NCBI GenBank assembly: GCA_046726415.1
Contig: JBKPAK010000089.1
Coordinates: 1-22,320, forward strand
Origin: Candidatus Methylomirabilota bacterium
Lineage (GTDB): Bacteria > Methylomirabilota > Methylomirabilia > Rokubacteriales > CSP1-6
Length of the DNA: 22,320 nt
Reading direction: 5' to 3'
The position numbers and the translations under genes are program-made. How positions within the stretch are numbered: position 1 is the stretch's first letter; each line of letters begins with the position of its first letter. Positions 6,728 to 14,410 of the stretch are shown here, in pieces. The notes under the pieces are model-generated. The model saw only the letters and a program-made list of their open reading frames with translations, was not told the origin of the DNA and did not search any database.

Positions 6728-9361
6728 ATGTCGACCGACCGGTATCCATTTCAGGAGATCGAAGCCAAGTGGCAGCGCGTGTGGGAGGAGCGCCGCCAGT
6801 TCCGGGCGACCGAGGACCGCACTCGCCCCAAGTTCTACTGCCTGGAGATGTTCCCCTATCCGTCGGGCCGCATCCACATGGGACACGTCCGCGTCTACGC
6901 CATTGGGGATCTCCTCGCTCGCTACAAGTGGATGCGCGGTTTCAACGTTCTCCACCCGATGGGATGGGACGCCTTCGGCCTTCCCGCCGAGAACGCGGCC
7001 ATCGAGAACGGGGTCCATCCCGCCATCTGGACCTACGAGAACATCGACAACATGCGCTCGCAGCTCCGAAAGTTGGGGATCTCCTACGACTGGGACCGCG
7101 AGGTGGCGACCTGCGATCCCGAGTACTACCGGTGGGAGCAGCTCATCTTTATCAAGATGCTCGAGCGGGGTCTGGCCTACCGCCGCCGTTCCATCGTGAA
7201 CTGGTGCCCGTCCTGCCAGACCGTGCTCGCCAACGAGCAGGTCGAGGACGGCCGCTGTTGGCGCTGCGACAGCGAGGTCGTGCCTCGGGAGATCGACGGC
7301 TGGTTCTTCAAGATTACCGCCTACGCCGACGAGTTGCTGGAATGGTGTGAACGGCTGCCGGGATGGCCCGAGCGGGTGCTAACCATGCAGCGCAACTGGA
7401 TCGGCCGGAGTGACGGGGCGGAATTTGACCTTCCGGTGGTCGGCCGGCCCGGGCTGACTCTGCGCGTCTTCACCACGCGCCCCGACACGGCCTTCGGCAT
7501 GACGTACGCGGTGCTCGCCCCGGAGCACCCCTTGGTGGACCAACTGGTGGCCAACGAGGAGGAGCGCCGGTCGGTGGCTGCCTTCCGGGCGGAAGCAGCG
7601 CGTCAATCCGAGATCGAGCGGACGGCCGTGGATCGACCGAAGCGAGGACAGCGCCTCTCCGCACGGGTGGTGAACCCGTTCAGCGGCGCCGAGATCCCGC
7701 TCTTCATTGCCGACTACGTGCTCATGGGCTACGGCACGGGCGCCATCATGGCGGTGCCAGGGGAAGACGAGCGGGACTGGGAGTTCGCCGAGCAGCACGG
7801 GCTGCCCATCATCGAGACAGTCCGCCGCCCCCCGGGGTGGACCGGCAAGGCCTACACCGGCGATGGGGTCAAGATCAATTCCGGCTTTCTCGACGGTCTC
7901 AGTGTGGCCGCGGCCAAGGCGCGCGCCACCGAGTGGCTGATGGAGCGGGGCCTGGGCGCCCCCAAGATCAACTACCGCTTGCGCGATTGGGGCATCAGCC
8001 GTCAGCGCTACTGGGGCGCGCCGATTCCGGTGCTCTACTGCGATGCCTGCAGCATGGTGCCGGAGAAGGAGGAGAACCTCCCGGTCCTGCTGCCGCGCGA
8101 CGTCCAGATCAGCGGAAAGGGGGGCTCACCGCTCGCCGAGGTGGCCAGCTTCGTCAATGCGCGCTGTCCGCGCTGCGGCGGCCGAGCGCGGCGCGAGACC
8201 GACACGATGGACACCTTCGTCGAATCCTCCTGGTACTTCCTCCGCTACTGCTCGCCGCACTACACGGCCGGCATGGTCGAACCGGCAGCCGCCGACTACT
8301 GGATGCCCGTCGACCAGTACATCGGGGGCATCGAGCACGCCGTGCTCCACCTCCTGTACGCCCGCTTCTACACCAAGGTGCTGCGCGACCTGGGGCTGGT
8401 GACCGTCGATGAGCCATTCGCAGCGCTCCTCAGTCAGGGCATGGTCATCAAGGATGGCGCCAAGATGTCCAAGTCGAAGGGCAACGTCGTCGATCCCGAC
8501 GATCTCATCCGCAGCCTTGGGGCGGACACCGCCCGCCTCTTCTCGCTTTTCGCGGCGCCCCCCGAGAAGGATCTCGACTGGAACGATCACGGTGTGGAGG
8601 GGGCAGCGCGATTTCTCAACCGCGTCTGGCGCTTCGTCGTCGCGCACGGTCAAGAGATGGCGGGGGCGAGAGGCCTCCCCCATGGCCCCTTGAATGGCGA
8701 AAGGGCTGCCACCGCCCGCAAAAGCCGGCAAGGTCTCGCGGGAGCGGGCACCGCTGCCCCCAGCGCCCGGGCGGCGACCGCGGGCCCGGCCAATGGCGCG
8801 CAAGATCGCGGCGGCATGACGGACGAGCTGTCGGATGCGGGTCGTGCCTGCCGGCGGGTCATCCACGAAACAATCGCGCGCGTCACCGACGACCTCGACC
8901 GCGATTTCCACTTCAACACGGCCATCAGCGCCATCATGGAACTGATGAATGCCCTGTATGCATTCGAGGCGTCGACGGCGGCTCTCCGCGCAGGCGTTCC
9001 GACCGACGAACGGGCCCTCCTCTTGCGAGAAGCGGTGCAGACCGTGCTGCTGCTCCTCGCCCCATTCTGTCCCCACCTGGCCGAGGAGCTGTGGTCGCAG
9101 CTTGGCTACCACGAGAGTGTCTTCGCGCAGCCATGGCCGGTCGCCGACCCCACCGCCCTCCTGAAAGACGACGTCACGCTCGTGGTGCAGGTCGACGGAA
9201 AAGTGCGGAGCCGCCTCGTGCTGGAAGTCGATGCGGGTGAGACGGTCGTGCGCGCGCGCGCGCTCGATGACGATCGCGTCCGACCCTGGGTCGAAGGGCG
9301 GCGGGTGGAACGGGTGGTGGTCGTCCCCAACCGTCTCGTCAACATCGTCACCCGCCGATGA
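6728..9361 (+). CDS. leuS: Leucine--tRNA ligase
   Basis: MFPYPSG, HMGH (HIGH motif), GWDAFGLPAENAA, editing-domain TTRPDT/GTGAIMAVP, KMSKSKGN and C-terminal VQVDGK. Confidence 0.99.
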   Translation: MSTDRYPFQEIEAKWQRVWEERRQFRATEDRTRPKFYCLEMFPYPSGRIHMGHVRVYAIGDLLARYKWMRGFNVLHPMGWDAFGLPAENAAIENGVHPAIWTYENIDNMRSQLRKLGISYDWDREVATCDPEYYRWEQLIFIKMLERGLAYRRRSIVNWCPSCQTVLANEQVEDGRCWRCDSEVVPREIDGWFFKITAYADELLEWCERLPGWPERVLTMQRNWIGRSDGAEFDLPVVGRPGLTLRVFTTRPDTAFGMTYAVLAPEHPLVDQLVANEEERRSVAAFRAEAARQSEIERTAVDRPKRGQRLSARVVNPFSGAEIPLFIADYVLMGYGTGAIMAVPGEDERDWEFAEQHGLPIIETVRRPPGWTGKAYTGDGVKINSGFLDGLSVAAAKARATEWLMERGLGAPKINYRLRDWGISRQRYWGAPIPVLYCDACSMVPEKEENLPVLLPRDVQISGKGGSPLAEVASFVNARCPRCGGRARRETDTMDTFVESSWYFLRYCSPHYTAGMVEPAAADYWMPVDQYIGGIEHAVLHLLYARFYTKVLRDLGLVTVDEPFAALLSQGMVIKDGAKMSKSKGNVVDPDDLIRSLGADTARLFSLFAAPPEKDLDWNDHGVEGAARFLNRVWRFVVAHGQEMAGARGLPHGPLNGERAATARKSRQGLAGAGTAAPSARAATAGPANGAQDRGGMTDELSDAGRACRRVIHETIARVTDDLDRDFHFNTAISAIMELMNALYAFEASTAALRAGVPTDERALLLREAVQTVLLLLAPFCPHLAEELWSQLGYHESVFAQPWPVADPTALLKDDVTLVVQVDGKVRSRLVLEVDAGETVVRARALDDDRVRPWVEGRRVERVVVVPNRLVNIVTRR

Positions 9362-9891
9362 CCCGACGGCGGGCGTTGGCGACCCTGGCGCTCTCGCCGC
9401 TCGCCGCGGGCTGTGGCTATTCGTGGCGCGGAACGCTTCCGCCACATATCCGGACGGTGGCCGTGCCAGTCTTCGTCAACCGCACGCAGTGGCCGAACAT
9501 CGAATCGGCCCTCACCGCCGCCGTGGCCAATGCCTTCGCCACCGACGGACGGCTCAGGGTCGTCGCGCCGGAACACGCCGACGCCATCCTCGAGGGTGAG
9601 ATTGTGAACTATCAGGTCACGGTGATCGCCTTCGATTCCAACGCCAACCCGCAGCAGTACCGCCTGTTCGTCACGGTCGACGTTCGCTTCCGCGACGTGC
9701 GCCGCGGCGTCATGCTGTTCGAGCAGCGGGGTCTCCAGGAGCGCGTTGACTACCTGGCGGCGCCGTCTTCCTTGTCCGCGCCGCCCCTCACCGGAGTGGC
9801 CGGTACCATCGCCCGGCAGGACGCGGCCATCGTGCCCGTGGCGGGTATTCTCGCTCGCGACATCGTGGCGCGCGCCGTCAATCCATTCTGA
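9358..9891 (+). CDS. lptE: LPS assembly lipoprotein LptE
   Basis: Lipobox LAAG-C followed by GY, VAVPVFVNRT and ADAILEGEI. Canonical leuS-lptE-holA position and ATGA overlap. Confidence 0.88.
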   Translation: MTRRRALATLALSPLAAGCGYSWRGTLPPHIRTVAVPVFVNRTQWPNIESALTAAVANAFATDGRLRVVAPEHADAILEGEIVNYQVTVIAFDSNANPQQYRLFVTVDVRFRDVRRGVMLFEQRGLQERVDYLAAPSSLSAPPLTGVAGTIARQDAAIVPVAGILARDIVARAVNPF

Positions 9892-9920
9892 GCGCCGCGG
9901 AGCCCGCGCGGACTGCCCCT

Positions 9921-10922
9921 CTGGATTTCGAGGTCTTGCTTCGGCGAGCCGCGAGTGGCCAACCGCCTCCGGTGGCGCTCGTCCACGGTGCCGACGGGCA
10001 ACTCCTCGACGACGCGTTGAGTGCGGTCACCCACGGTCTGTGCCGCGAAGCCAGCGCGGCCGCCTTCGACCGAGAGGTTCTCGACGGGCGCGACGTTACG
10101 GTGGCGATGGTCGTGCAATCGGCGATGACCATGCCAGTCGTGGCGCCCATGCGACTCGTCGCCGTCCGCCGCTGCCAGGCGCTGCCCGCCAAGGGCAGCG
10201 AGGGCTTGGCCGAGTACGCCGCCAGCCCCAATCCCGGGTCCTGCGTGCTGCTGCTCGCCGACGAGGCGCTCACGGCCTCACGCGATCGGCGAGAGCACTG
10301 GCTTCTGAGTGCCATCCCGGCCAGCGCGATCGTGGCCCTGCCCGCGCGCCAGGGCGGCGGGCTCGAGCAGTGGCTGCGGCGCCGCGCGGGCGTCGAGGGC
10401 CTTACGGTAAGCGAGGAGGCCGCCCGCCTCCTCGTGCAGTGGGTGGGTGACCACAGCGCCGCGCTGCTGGGAGAAGTCCGCAAGGCCGCGCTGGCTGGAG
10501 GCCCGCAGAACCTCGGGGTCGGAGTCAAAGAGGTCACCGCGGTGGTCGGCGAACACCGCGTGAGCGGTGTCTTCGATCTCACCCGGGCGGTGGAGCGCCG
10601 AGACGTGGCGCTGGCGCTGCGCACCCTCGAGTCGCTCCTGACCAGCGAGGAGCCGATGCTCCTCCTCGCCCTCCTTACCCGCGAGGTCCGCAGCGCCTGG
10701 ACGATTCAAGAATCGCTTCGTCGGGGACACAGCGTGGAGCAGATCGCGCGAACCTTGCGCCGGCCCCCGCCAGTGGTGCAGGGGTATGCCTCGTCGGCGA
10801 GGGAGCCGGAGAAGGTGGCCCATCGGCTTCGGCAGTGCTGGCAAGCCGAGCAGCGTTTGAAGTCAGGGGGTGACGCCCGGGCAGAACTGGTGACCCTGGT
10901 GGTCGCACTGTGCGGGCGGTAA
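9921..10922 (+). CDS. holA: DNA polymerase III delta subunit (start uncertain: CTG 9921 or TTG 9936)
   Basis: PVALVHG, TMPVVAPMRLVAVR, LTVSEEAARLLVQWVG, VFDLTRAV and EQRLKSG match the delta-subunit pattern. Synteny after leuS-lptE. Confidence 0.9.
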   Translation: MDFEVLLRRAASGQPPPVALVHGADGQLLDDALSAVTHGLCREASAAAFDREVLDGRDVTVAMVVQSAMTMPVVAPMRLVAVRRCQALPAKGSEGLAEYAASPNPGSCVLLLADEALTASRDRREHWLLSAIPASAIVALPARQGGGLEQWLRRRAGVEGLTVSEEAARLLVQWVGDHSAALLGEVRKAALAGGPQNLGVGVKEVTAVVGEHRVSGVFDLTRAVERRDVALALRTLESLLTSEEPMLLLALLTREVRSAWTIQESLRRGHSVEQIARTLRRPPPVVQGYASSAREPEKVAHRLRQCWQAEQRLKSGGDARAELVTLVVALCGR

Positions 10923-12241
10923 TCCTCGGCCTCAGCCTGGGGCTCGTCCTCCTGCTCGGTGCCTCGTCTCCCGCGTGGGCGATGCGGTGTGCCGGCTGCC
11001 TTCGGGCGGGGGCGGCCACCGTCTCTCTGTTGCTCCCAGCCGGAGCGCCGCTGGCCGGTTACGGCACCTTCGCCCGGCGGCTGCTCATGCCCGACATTCT
11101 CGGGCTCTATCCGTACGCGTTCTGGTTCAAGCCATCCGAAGGGACGCTCGACCCTCTCGAAGCCCGAGCCATCGTCGTGGAAAGCGGTGAGGCCAAAGTG
11201 ACGTGGGCCACGGTGGATCTCGTGGGCGTGGACCGCGGCTTCACGCAAGAGGTCAGCCAGCGACTCCGCGAAGCCGGCGTGGCGCCCGGCAGCCTGATCA
11301 TCTCGGCCTCTCACACGCACTCGGGACCGGGCGCCTTTGCTCGGTCGGCCCTGTGGGCCGTCCTCTCCATCGACCGATTCAACGCGACGGTGCGATCAGC
11401 GTTGGTCGGCGCCGTAGTGCAGGCGATCACGCAGGCGGAGGCCGCCAAGGCCCCCGCTCGCGTAGCTGCGTTCACCCGGGAGGCGCCGGACGTGACGACC
11501 GGGCGACTGGGGCTTCCGGTGGACCGAGAGATCCTTTCCCTCAAGTTCGTCGCGACGGGCGATCGAGCGGTTGCCCTCCTCTGGAACTACGCTATTCACG
11601 GCACCATGCTCGGACCCGCCAACCTCCGCTACTCCGGGGATGTGATGGGCGTGGCCTCTCACATCCTCGAACGCGAGCTCGGCGTACCCGTGTTGTTCGT
11701 GAACGGCGCCGTCGGCGACGTGAGTCCGCGCCGCCACGGTCACGGAGCGCTCTTGGAAGTCGGCGCCGAACTGGCCACCGTCGTACGCGACGGCTGGCGG
11801 CAGAGTCGGGAGCCTGAGGAAGCGCCGATCACCATCCGGGCGATCCGGGTGGCGCTGCCCGCGCCTGCCCTCTCGCTCCAGAACTGCCTGGGTCGCCTGC
11901 TTCCCCGCGTCGCCCTGCCGCTCGGCTGGGCCATGCCGATGGACGCCGAGCTGATCGCCGTCGCGCTCGGCGACACGGCATGGGTCGTTGTTCCCGGAGA
12001 ATTGCAGTCGGAGCTCGGACAGCGCATCAAGGATGAAGCGCGCACGCGAGTTGGGCGCGGGTTCGTGGCGGGCCTGTCCAACGACTATCTTGGCTACTTC
12101 GTCACGGCCGCGGCATACGGCGCCCCCAGTTACGTCGCGTGCGCGAGTCTCTACGGCCCGGACGCCGGCGAGCGTCTGACCCAGGCCGCTCGGGACCTGA
12201 TTCGGGAGCTAGGGGACGGGCAGGGTGGCGGCCGGCGCTAG
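10910..12241 (+). CDS. Secreted neutral/alkaline ceramidase-family metallohydrolase
   Basis: Signal peptide (..PAWA), PLAGYG, DPLEARAIV, ISASHTHSGPG, NYAIHGT, NGAVGDVSP, PGE and NDYLGY are motifs of the ceramidase N-terminal domain family. Confidence 0.82.
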   Translation: MRAVILGLSLGLVLLLGASSPAWAMRCAGCLRAGAATVSLLLPAGAPLAGYGTFARRLLMPDILGLYPYAFWFKPSEGTLDPLEARAIVVESGEAKVTWATVDLVGVDRGFTQEVSQRLREAGVAPGSLIISASHTHSGPGAFARSALWAVLSIDRFNATVRSALVGAVVQAITQAEAAKAPARVAAFTREAPDVTTGRLGLPVDREILSLKFVATGDRAVALLWNYAIHGTMLGPANLRYSGDVMGVASHILERELGVPVLFVNGAVGDVSPRRHGHGALLEVGAELATVVRDGWRQSREPEEAPITIRAIRVALPAPALSLQNCLGRLLPRVALPLGWAMPMDAELIAVALGDTAWVVVPGELQSELGQRIKDEARTRVGRGFVAGLSNDYLGYFVTAAAYGAPSYVACASLYGPDAGERLTQAARDLIRELGDGQGGGRR

Positions 12242-12498
12242 CGCGCTGCGGCGAGACTGCGGGCGAGCGCGGACTTCTTTCGGTCGGCCGTGTTGCGGTG
12301 AATGACGCCCTTCGTCACGGCCTTGTCGAGCGCGCGGATGGCTTCGGCCACCGCGACCGTTCGCTCCGTGCCCGGCTGGCTCACGGCCGTGCGAGCCGTC
12401 TTCACGGTGGTGCGCAGCTTGGACCGCAAGGCCCGGTTGCGGATGCGCCGCCGCTCGTTCTGGCGCATCCGCTTGACTCCCGACTTGGTGTTGGCCAC
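12238..12498 (-). CDS. rpsT: 30S ribosomal protein S20
   Basis: GTG start at 12498 with SD AGGAG. Sequence (M)ANTKSGVKRMRQNERRRIRN...LDKAVTKGVIHRNTADRKKS. Confidence 0.97.
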   Translation of the reverse strand: MANTKSGVKRMRQNERRRIRNRALRSKLRTTVKTARTAVSQPGTERTVAVAEAIRALDKAVTKGVIHRNTADRKKSALARSLAAAR

Positions 12499-12534
12499 CT
12501 GACCGCTCCTCCTTTGGGACGCGCGCGCCACCGG

Positions 12535-12564
12535 AGTTTAGACGGGCGCTGGATCGACGCACAA
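12535..12564 (-). promoter_or_regulatory. Putative rpsT promoter in the divergent rpsT/murJ spacer
   Basis: Minus strand reads TTGTGC, 18 nt, TAAACT. Confidence 0.4.
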
Positions 12565-12593
12565 TCGTGCCGCATCAGAGGGGGAATTGCAAG

Positions 12594-14165
12594 GTGAGCG
12601 ACGGTCGCGGCGTCGAGCGCCACATTCTCAGGGCACTGGGAAGTATCGGGAGCGCGACCCTGCTCAGCCGAGTGCTCGGCTTCGCGCGGGACATGGTAGT
12701 GGCTCTCGCCTTCGGCGCTGGGGTAACCACCGATGCTTTCTTTGTGGCCTACCGGATTCCCAACATGCTGCGGCGGCTGCTCGGTGAGGGCGCGCTCTCC
12801 GCGGCCATGATACCGGTCATCGCCGAGTACACTGCGCGGCGGACGCCCGCCGAATCCGCCCGTATGCTGCGGGCGGTCTTGGGAGCCATCCTCATCGTGC
12901 TCTCGCTGACGACCGTCCTCGGCCTGATCTTCGCCCCGTGGATCGTCCGCGCGATGGCTCCCGGCTTCGCGCGTGATCCAGGACAGCAAGCGTTCGCCTC
13001 CTTACTCACCCGCGTGATGTTCCCGTATCTCGCCCTCGTCGGACTGAGTGCCCTCGCCATGGGAGCGCTCAACGCCCATGGCCGCTTCTTTACCCCCGCG
13101 TTCGCCCCCGCGATCCAGAACCTCGGCATGATCCTCTGCGTCGTGATGCTGTCGAGCCACGTGAACCCTCCCATCCTGTCGCTAGCCATCGGCGTCCTTC
13201 TCGGCGGTCTGGGCCAACTGCTGGTGCAGCTACCGGACCTGCGGCGCAGCGGATGTCTCGTGGCGCCCTCTGGGGAGGTCGCTCATCCAGCGGTGGGGCG
13301 GGTGGCCCGCCTGCTATTGCCATCCGTGGTCGGGCTGGCCGCGGTCCAAGTCAACGTCTTCGTAAACACCCTCCTGGCGTCGCTCCTCGTGCCCGGGAGC
13401 ATCTCGTTCCTCTATTACGCGGACCGCGTGATGGAATTCCCTTTGGGTGTGTTCGGCATCGCGCTGGCCTCGGCGGCGCTGCCGTCGATGGCACGCCAGG
13501 CGTCGTCGGGGGACCGGCGAGCTCTCGCCATCACCCTGGGTTTTGCCCTGCGCATGTCGCTATTCGTCAGCATCCCGGCCGCCCTAGGCCTCATCCTGCT
13601 GCGCACCCAGATCACGCGCCTACTCTTCGAGCGTGGGCGCTTCACCCCGGCGGATACCGCGGCCACCGCCGAGGCGTTGCTTTGGTTCGCCGTCGGCCTG
13701 GCGGGGATCGCCGGCGCCAGAATCGCCGCGCAGGCGTTCTATGCCCTGCAGCAGCCCGCGGTGACGGTTCGGTTCGGCGTCCTCACCGTGGCCGTCAATA
13801 TCGTCGTGGCCAGCATTCTCATGCGGCCGTTCGGACACGTGGGCCTGGCCGCGGCGGCCTCCGTGGCTGGCTATGTGAACTTGGCCGCCCTTCTGTGGGC
13901 GGCCCGGCGCCGGCTAGGACCCATCGGGGGCACCGCGCTGGTGGGGACTCTCGCGCGCACCACGATGGCGTCGGTCCCGCTCGCCCTCGTATGCGCCGCC
14001 GCGCTGTGGCGCTGGCCTGCCGGCGCCGGGCTTCTGGCGGATGCCGGATGGCTTCTTCTCACGATCCTCGGCGGCACGGCTGCGTTCGGTGCGACCGCAT
14101 GGTGGCTCGGCGCTCCGGAACTTGGATCGGTCACCCACGCCTTGCTCCGTCGGGGGAGCGGTTGA
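12594..14165 (+). CDS. murJ: Lipid II flippase MurJ (MviN)
   Basis: TLLSRVLGFARD, DAFFVAYRIPNMLRRLLGEGALSAA and LYYADRVMEFPLGVFG, with many TM segments. GTG 12594 start inferred. Divergent from rpsT. Confidence 0.97.
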   Translation: MSDGRGVERHILRALGSIGSATLLSRVLGFARDMVVALAFGAGVTTDAFFVAYRIPNMLRRLLGEGALSAAMIPVIAEYTARRTPAESARMLRAVLGAILIVLSLTTVLGLIFAPWIVRAMAPGFARDPGQQAFASLLTRVMFPYLALVGLSALAMGALNAHGRFFTPAFAPAIQNLGMILCVVMLSSHVNPPILSLAIGVLLGGLGQLLVQLPDLRRSGCLVAPSGEVAHPAVGRVARLLLPSVVGLAAVQVNVFVNTLLASLLVPGSISFLYYADRVMEFPLGVFGIALASAALPSMARQASSGDRRALAITLGFALRMSLFVSIPAALGLILLRTQITRLLFERGRFTPADTAATAEALLWFAVGLAGIAGARIAAQAFYALQQPAVTVRFGVLTVAVNIVVASILMRPFGHVGLAAAASVAGYVNLAALLWAARRRLGPIGGTALVGTLARTTMASVPLALVCAAALWRWPAGAGLLADAGWLLLTILGGTAAFGATAWWLGAPELGSVTHALLRRGSG

Positions 14166-14171
14166 TATAAT
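14142..14171 (+). promoter_or_regulatory. Strong sigma-70 promoter with extended -10
   Basis: TTGCTC (14142-14147), 18 nt, TATAAT (14166-14171). The TG of the murJ stop codon (14163-14164) gives a perfect TGnTATAAT. Confidence 0.75.
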
Positions 14172-14174
14172 CCG

Positions 14175-14410
14175 TCGTGCTCGCTGCGTTCGACGGTTTG
14201 CCGACGATCCGTGAGCGCGCGCCCATCCGATGCGCTCATGGTTCCCGCTTCTGCATCGACCTGAACCGCATCCTGACTGGCTGGTTCCCCAGCGGTCTCG
14301 GAGTTCGCCGCCGAACCGAGGAGCACTCCGGATTCCCCGGGAGGCGACGAGCGCGGTGCGCTTGGGGGGCCCGGTCGAGGCCTCCCATCTCAACAGCAAG
14401 GAGCGGGTGA
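14175..14410 (+). other. Unassigned structured leader: candidate ~180-nt ncRNA and/or 77-codon leaderless uORF
   Basis: 5' end (14175-14191) can pair with 14341-14356, with internal hairpins. ORF GTG 14177-TGA 14410 starts at the predicted TSS and overlaps the next start. Confidence 0.35.

Noticed and set aside
9358..9420. Twin-arginine-like N-termini in LptE (TRRRAL) and cytochrome c (LRRSAV)
   Set aside because: They lack the full S/T-RR-x-FLK consensus, Arg-rich n-regions are common in high-GC genomes, and c-type cytochromes are normally Sec substrates.
14230..14406. N-terminal extension of the nucleotidyltransferase from ATG 14230
   Set aside because: There is no SD at 14230 and the translation is not domain-like, whereas AAGGAG precedes GTG 14407/14413. 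Extended ORF-track starts for cytochrome c, rpsT, murJ, pyrG, kdsA and lptB were trimmed for similar reasons (SD position, gene overlap or family N-terminus).
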